NCBI GenBank assembly: GCA_963707505.1
Contig: CAVPQB010000004.1
Span: forward strand, 1,344,001-1,408,000
DNA from: an uncultured Gemmatimonadales bacterium
GTDB taxonomy: Bacteria; Gemmatimonadota; Gemmatimonadetes; Gemmatimonadales; Gemmatimonadaceae
Reading direction: 5' to 3'
DNA: 64,000 nucleotides
Below, piece by piece: positions 54,670 through 63,615 of the stretch (position 1 is the stretch's first letter; every line of letters starts with the position of its first letter). Both the position numbers and the translations under genes were made by a program. The notes beneath the pieces are model-generated. The model made no database searches, was not told the DNA's origin, and worked only from the letters and a program-made list of their open reading frames with translations.

Positions 54670-54880
54670 CGAAGAAGCAAGGTGGAGACGCGGCGGGCAA
54701 AACGACAACTACGGATCCGTGCTCGAAGCACACCCGGGCAAGTCGCGGGGGCGGCCAACTACAAATTGCGGGCTCTCAGCCCATAGAACTAACGGCCTGC
54801 CCAGCCAACGTTCTCCCGGAACCCCCGTCCCGGAACGCCGCCAACCTACGACGGGCCCCGGACACAACGGGCTCCAGGAC
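54670..54880 (-). ncRNA. Putative bridge RNA of IS110-A
   Basis: AGUUCUA and UUGUAG match target actt-CT-acaa; UGCCC and AUCCGUAG match donor tgccc-CT-acggat; each pair flanks a hairpin; ends approximate. Confidence 0.68.
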
Positions 54881-55059
54881 GCAGTTTCATGCCCCTACAA
54901 TCGCCGCCGACCACACGGCGCCCTCAGCCACAAGCCACCCATCGACCGCCTCAACGAACGGAACAACCTCCTCGGGTCCTACAGCTGATATGGAGAGTCG
55001 TTTGTCAACCCGGGCGCGGTGATTTGTCGCTGGTGGCGCCGTGGGGGTGTGGGTGTGGT

Positions 55060-55260
55060 CGGCTGGGTGGGTGGCGGTCCGGCTTGCTGTGCGCGACGCG
55101 CGGTCAGGCTGATATTCGCGGGTTGGGACCGCAGGACCATGTTCGTCGTGGGGAGCCGCTGTCTAGGATCGGGCGTGGCCGGCCGGTGAGGGCGGGTTGC
55201 TCATAGCTGTCTCGCGGGTTCCCCGCGCGTGCCGGGCCGCCACCGACCCAGCCGACGGGA
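55060..55260 (-). ncRNA. Putative bridge/seek RNA of IS110-B
   Basis: ACAGCUA and CCUAG match target acag-CT-agg; AUAUCAG is complementary to donor CT-gatat; ends approximate. Confidence 0.68.
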
Positions 55261-55274
55261 TGAGGGACTCGGGG

Positions 55275-56357
55275 TTACTCGATTTGGCTGATCGCCCAGC
55301 AGAACCCGGCGAGCTCGCGGGCGGCGGCGACGGCGATGATCGTGCGGCGCTTGGCGCGGGCCTCCAGACGGGTCCAGGTGCGATGCAGTCGCCGTTGGGC
55401 TGACCAGGCGATCGCGATCGCCTCGGGTGGCTGGCCGTCCTGGCGCTCGGTGAGTGCCTTGCCGATCGCGGGGCGCTTGCGGTAGTGCCAGGCGGCTTCG
55501 ACCAGCAGCCGCCGGGCGTGCCCAGAACCGGTCTTGGTGATCGACCCCAGCCGTCGCTGCTGCCCGGTGGTGTTCTCGCACGGGACTAGGCCGACGTAGT
55601 TCATCAGCTGCTCGGCCTTCGCGAACCGTTCGAAGTCGCCGATCTCTGAGCACAGCCCGACCGCGGTGAGCGTGTCGACCCCGCGCAGGCATCGCAGCCG
55701 CCCGACCTGCGTGGCCCACGGCGAGCTCGGGAGCAGCGCGAGGATCTCGCGCTCTAACGCGTCGCGGCGGTGACAGAGCGCGTCGATCGCTCCCTGCACG
55801 TCGAGCAGCGTCGATTGCGCGGCCGGCCACTGCAGCGTGATCGTCGCCAGCCAGGCTCGGTGGCGGTCTGTCCACGCCTTCCCGTCGTCAAACCGGATCC
55901 CGTGACGCAACAGCAGCTTGGAGAGCCGATGCCGGGAGCGCATCAGATCCACCCGAACCTGCTCGCGGGCGCGGACCAGGTCGCGCAGCGCCTCCTCCTC
56001 GGGCCCGGGCACCCTGACCGGGTGAAGCTTGCCGGCCAACAACAACCGGACCAGATGCTCGGCGTCACGCCGATCGGTCTTGACCCGATCCCCCGACGCC
56101 CGCGGGATCTTGCTCGGCGCCGCGACCACGCACTCCACGCCGCGCCGCGCGAGCTCCCGCGCGAGCCCGTACCCGGTCGGGCCGGCCTCATACGCGACCC
56201 GCACCGGCCGCGGCAATCCCGCGCAGAACCCGGCCGCCCCACCAGCATCACCGCTCATCGCAAACCGCGACAGCTCCCCGGTCTCCGCGTCCAGCACCGC
56301 CGCGACGATCTTCGCCGCGTGCACGTCCAAGCCGACGACGGTCCTAGCCTTCGCCAT
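55275..56357 (-). CDS. IS110 recombinase B, intact ORF
   Basis: VGLDVH, YEAGPTG, KTDRRDA, GLVPCENTTG, ITKTG, LVEAAW, AAARELA. Confidence 0.95.
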   Translation of the reverse strand: MAKARTVVGLDVHAAKIVAAVLDAETGELSRFAMSGDAGGAAGFCAGLPRPVRVAYEAGPTGYGLARELARRGVECVVAAPSKIPRASGDRVKTDRRDAEHLVRLLLAGKLHPVRVPGPEEEALRDLVRAREQVRVDLMRSRHRLSKLLLRHGIRFDDGKAWTDRHRAWLATITLQWPAAQSTLLDVQGAIDALCHRRDALEREILALLPSSPWATQVGRLRCLRGVDTLTAVGLCSEIGDFERFAKAEQLMNYVGLVPCENTTGQQRRLGSITKTGSGHARRLLVEAAWHYRKRPAIGKALTERQDGQPPEAIAIAWSAQRRLHRTWTRLEARAKRRTIIAVAAARELAGFCWAISQIE

Positions 56358-56580
56358 GGCTGGTTCCTCCTATGCGATTGTGGGCCGCCGCGCGGGTACC
56401 AGCCGCGCGGCATAACTTCACCCCCACCGACGACGTGGGGGGAACCGGCCTCTTCTATCTCTCAGGCCGGACGGACCAACAATCCATATTGTCTAGGCGA
56501 GCCGGGGCAGCAGGTCGGCATGTCTCTGCTCCCTCCCGTTCGTCGACTCGCCGTCGGGCAGGTTGCGCGGACCCCAGTTG

Positions 56581-56988
56581 CTACGCGTTTACGGGTTCGG
56601 GCGCATCGACCAAGTCCGCATCTGGGGCGAGAACGAAGATCTCGACCAGCCGGTCCGGGTCAAACAGGATTTGGCTGTGGTAGCTGACGATCTTGCGCTC
56701 GAGGACGTCCTCGACGCGGCGGATGAGTTCGGGGGCGATCACGGCTTGGAAGCGGAGACGGTATGCGCGTACGGCTTCGTGCTCTCCTCCGCGGACCATC
56801 GTTTCCTCATCGCGGGTCATGCCGCCGCTCATCGTGCAGAACACGTATTCGTCGCAGAAGTAGGTCTTGGCGTGGGTCGGGCCGCGTCCGTAGAGGTCCT
56901 TCATCGTGCGCACGACGGCTTGTGAGACACGCGCTTGCAGGGACTGCGCCTCTGAGGGGCTTCCCTCGGTGACTTCGTCATCGGCCAT
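56581..56988 (-). CDS. DUF2294/MpsC-family protein
   Basis: VSQAVVRTMKDLYGRGPTHAKTY...EIFVL. Confidence 0.85.
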   Translation of the reverse strand: MADDEVTEGSPSEAQSLQARVSQAVVRTMKDLYGRGPTHAKTYFCDEYVFCTMSGGMTRDEETMVRGGEHEAVRAYRLRFQAVIAPELIRRVEDVLERKIVSYHSQILFDPDRLVEIFVLAPDADLVDAPEPVNA

Positions 56989-57062
56989 GTGCGCGCAGAC
57001 TAGCTCAGGCAGCGAGCTCAGCAGAGATGGGCCGAGTCCAAAGGATTCAGGGGCGAACGCAC

Positions 57063-57088
57063 GTTTGGGCGGACCTAGCGCGGGGTAG
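57063..57088 (+). promoter_or_regulatory. SigB/SigF-like promoter
   Basis: GTTT-N16-GGGTAG upstream of the 57222-58799 genes. Confidence 0.62.
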
Positions 57089-57221
57089 ACTCAGCTATGA
57101 GCGAGCCGACGTCAGCTTGCGCCGCTCCTGCAGTATCAGACGGGAACGATCCCACCGGGCGAAACGCCGTTGGAGCGATCGGTCCAGTCGCCAGCCTCAA
57201 TTCTCACTTTAGGAGTGTCGC

Positions 57222-57542
57222 ATGAGCATTACCACCCCCGCTGAGGGACGCCGTTTCGACCGTGCCGACCGGGACCGTTCGGCCGCTGAACATTCAACTC
57301 GGCGTCTGTCGACCGAGACAAAGGCCGCGTTCAAGACGACCGAGTTCATCGCGTATCTCGTCGTACTCGCCGGAATCCTGATCGCCGGAGCGGTGGCGAA
57401 GGCCAGCCACTATGCCGGTGCCCACGATCCCTTCCGAGCCGACCGTGTGTGGCTGTACGCCACGATTCTGACGGTCGGGTACATGATCAGCCGCGGGCTC
57501 GCGAAGGCCGGCACCCGCGAGCGCTACGACGAGCAGTCGTAA
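57222..57542 (+). CDS. Small two-TM hypothetical protein
   Basis: RBS aggag; ETKAAFKTTEF...GYMISRGLAK. Confidence 0.75.
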   Translation: MSITTPAEGRRFDRADRDRSAAEHSTRRLSTETKAAFKTTEFIAYLVVLAGILIAGAVAKASHYAGAHDPFRADRVWLYATILTVGYMISRGLAKAGTRERYDEQS

Positions 57543-57648
57543 TTCGGACCGTCGCCTCCCGCTGGGCCCGGCCGGCACCCATTTGGGTGCCGTTCGGGTC
57601 CGCCAGGGCTACTCGCAGCGGCCCCTTGGCCGACTGCCCTCCCAATTA

Positions 57649-58176
57649 GTGAAAGTGAATGACAAGTTGAGTGGTCGAGAGAATTCCGAGCGGACCGCCG
57701 GTGGTCTGGTCGGCAAAATTGCCGGTAGGACAAAAGAAGCTGTCGGGTCCGCGCTGGGCCGCGACGACCTGGCGCGCGAGGGGCGTTTGCAGCAGGCGCA
57801 GGTTGACGCCGAGGCGCAGGCGGCTCGTGCGGCGGCCGAAGCGAACCACCGCGCGACGGAAGCGTCGCTCCAGGCGGAGAAGACCGAGGCTCAGCTTGAG
57901 TACGACCGCCTCCAGAATGCCGTAGCGGCCCGCGAGCGTGAGCAGCGGATCGAGGGTGAGCGCGACGACGCCGAGCGTCAGGCCGAGTCCCAGGCGCGCC
58001 GTGAGCAGGCGGCTGCCGAGAGCCAGCGCGACGCGCACGAATCCGCAGCTGAGAACACTGAGCAGCGCGCCGTGGGTGAGCGCGTGGCTGCGGCCGAACA
58101 GGCGATCGGGTTGGAGCAGCAGGCACGCCAAGCCGAGACAGAGGCGGCAACTATCGATCCCCAGGAGCAGCGATGA
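57649..58176 (+). CDS. CsbD-like domain plus coiled-coil protein
   Basis: KIAGRTKEAVGSALGRDDLAREGRLQQ then an Ala/Glu/Gln/Arg helix. Confidence 0.7.
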   Translation: MKVNDKLSGRENSERTAGGLVGKIAGRTKEAVGSALGRDDLAREGRLQQAQVDAEAQAARAAAEANHRATEASLQAEKTEAQLEYDRLQNAVAAREREQRIEGERDDAERQAESQARREQAAAESQRDAHESAAENTEQRAVGERVAAAEQAIGLEQQARQAETEAATIDPQEQR

Positions 58177-58799
58177 ACGTACGTGACACCCCCGGAATCG
58201 CGGTTGACCGCTATCTACGCCTCGTGCGCCTGCCGCTTGATGCGGCTATCGAGCGGCTCCCTGGAAACGGTCGTGGGGTCCGACCCGCCGCGAGCCTGAT
58301 CGTTGATCGCGCCGATGCCTCCGTGCGAGGGCTGTTTGCAGCGATCCTCAGCGACTCGGCGCTGCGCGAAGATGCCCAGCAGCGACGAGCTGCTGTGCAG
58401 AAGCGCGAGCACGCTGCGCGCTTGCGTGACGCGGCCGAGCGCAAGACCGAGCAGGCGGATACTCGTTTAGAGGAGCGCTACGCGCAGGCGGAGCGTCAGC
58501 GCTCGCGGGCCGAGCAGCGCGCCGAGGGACGGCGCAAGCAGGCCGCTGAGGAGCGCGATAAGAAGGCTGACCGCGCGGCTGAGGCTGAGAAAAAGCGTCT
58601 TGACGCAAGCCGCGAAGCGAAACGTCGTGTTGACGCCGCAATCGACGAGCGCACGCCGAAGGAGCGGCTCCAGACGCTCGATGCCAAGGCCAGCGCGCTG
58701 GCCGAGCAGGACCGGGCCCTGACAGCCAGCGGCGAAGCTCGCCGCCTGAGCGAAGCCGCCAGCCGTTCAAAGGCCGAACGCAAGAACCGGAGCACCTAG
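58173..58799 (+). CDS. Charged coiled-coil hypothetical protein
   Basis: ATGA-coupled to CsbD-like gene; YLRLVRLPL N-terminus, Glu/Arg/Ala-rich. Confidence 0.7.
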   Translation: MNVRDTPGIAVDRYLRLVRLPLDAAIERLPGNGRGVRPAASLIVDRADASVRGLFAAILSDSALREDAQQRRAAVQKREHAARLRDAAERKTEQADTRLEERYAQAERQRSRAEQRAEGRRKQAAEERDKKADRAAEAEKKRLDASREAKRRVDAAIDERTPKERLQTLDAKASALAEQDRALTASGEARRLSEAASRSKAERKNRST

Positions 58800-59438
58800 C
58801 AAATGCGGTTGCCCTGTTTGGTCTCCTCATCGCCGTCGCAATCTTGGCGATATCCGGCGGACGCGTCTGCTTGCGGCCGTTGTTTTTCTTCCTGCCGCTC
58901 GGCGGCATGTTGGGCCACTGGAGCCCGTATCGCCGCGGCGACCGTCGAGGCTGTTCGGCGGGAGGGCACGGTTTGACGATCGCCGAATCGCTCGGTCAAG
59001 CTGGCTTGGCGGCCGGCGCCAGTCGCAGGCTTACCTGCGGAGCGCCGTGCTCGTGTGCAAGTCCTGATGCGCCAAGTCGCGATCGGGCCGGCGAACCTCT
59101 CCCCGGGCGAGCGCCAAGAGATCGGCGAGCTCGTCGGGGAACTCAACCGTGGCGAAGTGCTGCGTGACACCACGATGCGTACGTCTCGCGTCGGCGTTCG
59201 CCGACGTCAGTAACCGCTAGGGGAATCACGGCCACGGCAAAGGCCGTAGCCGACACGTGCAGCGACCCGCCGCAGGGTAGTGACGCTAGTCGAGGCCCGC
59301 CACGACGAGGGCAAGGGTGGTCCGCGACCGTCTTGCTCGGCGCGACAGCCGGTGATCCCGCCGCCCTCGCCTGCGCAGCTATTAGCTGGTTGCACAACGT
59401 GCGCCAGCGTGCAAGCAGAACCTAAGAAGAGGAACACG

Positions 59439-60334
59439 ATGACCAGCACGAACAAAGCCAAGCGCGCGGCCGACCCCCCGCTCCTGCACGCGCCCCCGCC
59501 GGCGCGCCGGCGCTGACGCGCCACCGCGGTGGCAGCGGGCAGCCGCTGGTGCTGGTGCTGGTGCACGGGCTCGGGCTCAGTTGGCGTTCCTGGCAGCCAG
59601 TGCTCGACGCCCTTGAGGGCCGCCACGACGTGATCGCGATCGATCTCCCCGGCTTCGGCGAAAGCCTGCCGCTTCCCGATGGCGCCGCTCCAATCCCGAC
59701 CCGATTGGCTGATGCGGTCGAGTCCGAGCTGGACCGCCTCGGCCTGGACGCGCCAGCGCTGGTCGGCAACTCCCTCGGCGGCTGGGTCGCGCTCGAGCTG
59801 GCCCGACGCGGCCGGGCGGCCCGCGCCGTGCTCATTTCGCCGTCGGGACTCGAGTCGCCTCTAGAACGCGCCTTGGTCATCGCCCTCAACGAGCAGATGC
59901 GTCTCCGCGCGCGCTTCGGCGTGCCGCTGGGGCAATGGCTGACTGGGACGGCGCTGGCCCGCACCATGCTCTTCGGCGGCCTGCGGAGCCAGCCGTGGCG
60001 GTTGACGCCGGACGCGGCCGCTCGCGACCTGCACGACTTCGGCTATTCGCCGGGCTTTCAATCCACGCTGAGCTCGACCGTCGCTACCCGCGCTGCGATG
60101 CGGCTCGGCGAGATCGACGTGCCGGTCCGCGTTGCCTACGGGACGCTTGACCTGATGCTCGGTGTCTTCACCGCCCCACGGTTCGCGGCGGCGATCCCGC
60201 GCGCCGAGCTCGTCCCGCTGCTAGGAGTCGGACACGTCCCGATGCTCGATGATCCCGAGCTCGTGGCCCGAACGATCCTCAACTTCACCGCTGACGCCGA
60301 TACACCACAACGACCCGCGGCCACTCGAGCATGA
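59439..60334 (+). CDS. Alpha/beta fold hydrolase, possible frameshift near start
   Basis: LVHGLG, IDLPGFG, GNSLGG, GHVPM. Confidence 0.85.
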
Positions 60335-61699
60335 CGTCTTAGCGTGAGTGGCCCTGAGGGCTTTGATCGCCGCACTTGGTGCGACTGACGACGATCGCTC
60401 AGCACCAGCCCTACATGGCCGACTGAGGACAGCCGCGTCAAGCAGACGCTGCTGGCCGCCGCCGCGGGTCGAGTATGAGCCCGAGCCGCTCCAAGGACGT
60501 GGCAATGGTCGTGCGTGCGGCCGCGCTCGGCTTCGCGACGACGGCGCGCTAGTCAACCACGGAGCTCAGACGACCTAGAAAGTCCCTCCAACTGGGCGGG
60601 TGTTGCGATCACCGCGCGGACCCTAGAGCGCTGAGCGGACGCCGCCTATCACTCGTGAGCACGGCGAGCGCGGTTAGGATCGAGGCATGCCGAAGGAGCT
60701 GCGGTCGCGGCCGCGATCGCCGTCGCTGCCGGCGGGTGCGACGGGTCGACCAAGACGGTGACAGTCACGACGCGCGCCCCGTCGGTCACGACATCCTCGG
60801 CAACGTCGTATCGCCCGAGGTCCTGGCCGTCCGACCATGGCGGCTTTTATGGGGCCGCCCCCGCCGCGACGATGTCTGGACGCTGCAGTTCGTTGTCCCC
60901 GCCACAAGCGCATCGGACACGATCACATCCAAGATCGGGAACGGCCCGCTCCGACATGCTCAGGTCAACCCGGGCCAGGCTGCCACCTTTCGTCTGATCC
61001 CCAATGCAGCCCGCGCCCGCCAGCCGGCCGACCCGTGTCCAGGCACCGCGCGACCACGGCCGCAAGCGCAGAGCCTCTCGACATTCATATCTCCCAGGCC
61101 ACCGAGTGGCAGTCTGGCGGCCGGACATTTCTCTCGCGCTGACCGCGATCGGCGGGGAGACCGGCCAGTGCGCACTTGCGGACAGTCGGGTCGATGCCCG
61201 CACCTACTTCAACTGGCACTCAATAGTCCGCTACACACGCCCGAACGCGAAGCGATGCAGACGCGGTCAGGCTTCGGATGCCAACGGTATCTCGCGGTGA
61301 AGCCGCAGGTCTCAATCGAGGAGTCCACCAGCACACGCTCGCGCCGGCCGCGGGATGACGTGACGCCGCCGGCTGAAAGTCTCAGAGCGCCGACGTCCAT
61401 GCGACAGCGCTCCGTCCGGCTTGCCGGACGCAGCGCGATCCCAGTCCGTGGCACCAGTGTCTGGATGGCATCTCGTGACGGGAGGACACCTACCGTTGGC
61501 AGCTGCTCTAGCGAACTGATCTTCGGCTTCGGTGCGGCTGCTCGGCCTCGCTTGCCGGCCCCGATGTCGGCCCTTTCTTATTCAGCGCACCGAGATTGCT
61601 CGCCCGCACCGGCAACCGCCCGGCGCTAGCCGACCGCGCTGGCGATGTCCTTGATGCCTACGCCCAGCCCGCTGCGAGCGGGTGCGCCCAGAGGGGGTC

Positions 61700-61958
61700 G
61701 GACCCTACGCTGCACGTCCGCGTGACCGAGGATGTCCACGATCAGCGGCAGATCCGCGGCCCGCTCGCGCAGTAGCCGCGTCGCGAGCGTGTGCCGCAAC
61801 GCGTGCGCGCTCTCACCAACGCCGGCGTCGCGCATCGCGCCCGTGGCGATCGCGGTGATCGAGCAAACCGACAGCGAGCCGCCGCGCCTGTTCCACAACG
61901 GCCCATCATCGGGATCGACCCGCGGCAGCGCCGCCCGCTCAGCCAGCCGTTTCGGCAT
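61700..61958 (-). pseudogene. Tyrosine recombinase C-terminal fragment
   Basis: AHALRHTLATRLL...ILGHADV (HxxR, LGH); no catalytic Tyr segment or N-terminus. Confidence 0.7.
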
Positions 61959-61980
61959 GCCGTCCGCTAGCGTTTTCGCG

Positions 61981-63615
61981 ATGCCGTTGCGGGCGTCCGC
62001 GACGAGCGACCTATGGTGGAAGAACGCCGTCGTCTACTGCCTTGACGTCGAGACGTTCGCCGACTCCGACGGCGACGGCTGCGGCGACCTCGCCGGGCTC
62101 GTTGAGCGGATCGACCACGTCGCCAACCTGGGAGCCACCTGCCTGTGGCTGATGCCGCTGTACCCGACCACCAATCGCGACGACGGCTACGACATCACCG
62201 ACTACCTCGGCGTCGACGCCCGGCTCGGCGATCTCGGCGATGTCGTGGAGGCGATCCGCCACGCCCGCGACCACGGGCTGCGCGTCCTGATGGACCTGGT
62301 CGTCAACCACACGTCGAACCGGCACCCGTGGTTCCAGGCCGCGTGCGCGGACCGCTGCTGCCCCTTCCGCGACTACTACGTCTGGACGGACGATCCCGCT
62401 AGCGAGGACGGCACCACGAAGGAGAACTGGACGTGGGAGGAGACGGCGGCCCAGTACTACCAGCACCAGTTCGCGCCGTTCCAGCCCGACCTGAACATCG
62501 CCAACCCGAGCGTCCGCCACGAGATCGCCAAGACCGTCGGGTTCTGGCTGACGCTCGGCGTGTCGGGCTTCCGCATGGACGCCGTGCCCTTCCTCGTGCA
62601 GGTCGTCGAGGGGACCGGCAGCGATCCCGGCTCGGGGAAGCGGTGGCTGCATTCACTGCGCGAGTACGCCATGCGCCGGCGCGGCGAGGTTATGCTGATG
62701 GGCGAGTGCAACGTCGCCAAGGAGGAGGTGCCGTCCTTCTTCGAGGACCACGGCGACGCCCTGCACCTCCAGCTCGCGTTCCTGATCAACCAGCGGCTCT
62801 GGCTCGCGCTGGCCCGCGGCGAGGCCGCTCCGCTGGAGGACCTGATCCGCGACCTGCCGGTCCCGCCGCACGACTGCGGCTGGGCCACGTTCCTGCGCAA
62901 CCACGACGAGCTCACGCTCGACCGGCTCTCGCCGGCCGAGCGCGACGAGGTGTTCGCCGCCTTCGCGCCGGACGAGGACATGCGCATCTACGGGCACGGG
63001 ATCCGCCGGCGGACCGCGTCGATGCTCGGCGGCGACGGCCCACGGCTGCGCATGGCGTGGTCGCTGCTGCTCACGCTGCCCGGCACGCCCGTGATCCTCT
63101 ACGGCGACGAGATCGGCATGGGCGAGGACCTGAGCCTGGACGGTCGCATGAGCGTGCGGACGCCGATGCAATGGTCACCCGGCCGGGGCGCGGGATTCTC
63201 GACCGCTCACCGCCTCGTGCGGCCGATCGCCGAGGGCGCCTTCGCCCCCGATCGGGTGAGCGTCGCCGGCCAGCGGCGCAGCGAGGACTCGCTGCTGCGC
63301 TTTCTCAGCCGGCTGATCCACGCCCGCCGCCAGGCGCCCGAGCTGGGTTGGGGCACGAGCACACTGCTCGAGAACGACCCCACGGCCCTCCTCGCCCATC
63401 GCTGCGACTGGCAGGGCTCAACAGTCGTCACCGTCCACAATCTGTCGGCGTCGCCCGTCGCAACCGAGCTTGACCTCGGTCAGGACGTTGAAGGCGCCGA
63501 CGATCTGCTCGACATGCGCGAGCACCACGTTGAGGGCGGCCGCCTGCGCGTGGACCTCGCTGCCTACGGCTACCTGTGGCTGCGAGCGCGGCGCGCGTCG
63601 GATGGAGCCACGTAA
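61981..63615 (+). CDS. GH13 alpha-amylase family (trehalose synthase-like)
   Basis: WWKNAVVY, DDGYD, DLVVNH, GFRMDAV, FLRNHDE, YGDEIGM. Confidence 0.9.
   Translation: MPLRASATSDLWWKNAVVYCLDVETFADSDGDGCGDLAGLVERIDHVANLGATCLWLMPLYPTTNRDDGYDITDYLGVDARLGDLGDVVEAIRHARDHGLRVLMDLVVNHTSNRHPWFQAACADRCCPFRDYYVWTDDPASEDGTTKENWTWEETAAQYYQHQFAPFQPDLNIANPSVRHEIAKTVGFWLTLGVSGFRMDAVPFLVQVVEGTGSDPGSGKRWLHSLREYAMRRRGEVMLMGECNVAKEEVPSFFEDHGDALHLQLAFLINQRLWLALARGEAAPLEDLIRDLPVPPHDCGWATFLRNHDELTLDRLSPAERDEVFAAFAPDEDMRIYGHGIRRRTASMLGGDGPRLRMAWSLLLTLPGTPVILYGDEIGMGEDLSLDGRMSVRTPMQWSPGRGAGFSTAHRLVRPIAEGAFAPDRVSVAGQRRSEDSLLRFLSRLIHARRQAPELGWGTSTLLENDPTALLAHRCDWQGSTVVTVHNLSASPVATELDLGQDVEGADDLLDMREHHVEGGRLRVDLAAYGYLWLRARRASDGAT

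Larger units (their letters stand above)
53287..54896 (-). mobile_element. IS110-family element A (upstream non-coding end)
   Basis: CT core at 53285-53286 and 54895-54896; subterminal IR atgaaa/tttcat; removal restores the IS481 frame. Confidence 0.9.
52291..54983 (+). mobile_element. IS481-family element, interrupted by IS110-A
   Basis: Terminal IRs TGTAGTTCCTGACCACGTTGTTCCG / TGTAGGACCCGAGGAGGTTGTTCCG (19/25); flanks tctagg and reconstructed gctagg. Confidence 0.92.
52393..54988 (+). pseudogene. IS481 transposase (frameshift near 52785, split by IS110-A at FY|N)
   Basis: MHANARLS, HIDVKK, AIDDATR, TDNG, QTNGKAERF; resumes YNRRRPHGAL...GSYS at 54896. Confidence 0.9.
54987..56494 (-). mobile_element. 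IS110/IS1111-type element B (long downstream non-coding end)
   Basis: CT core at 54985-54986 and 56493-56494; subterminal IR atatgga/tccatat; removal restores the gctagg flank of IS481. Confidence 0.9.

Noticed and set aside
60655..61629. 324-aa ORF
   Set aside because: Arg/Pro/Ser-rich without recognisable domain; probably spurious.
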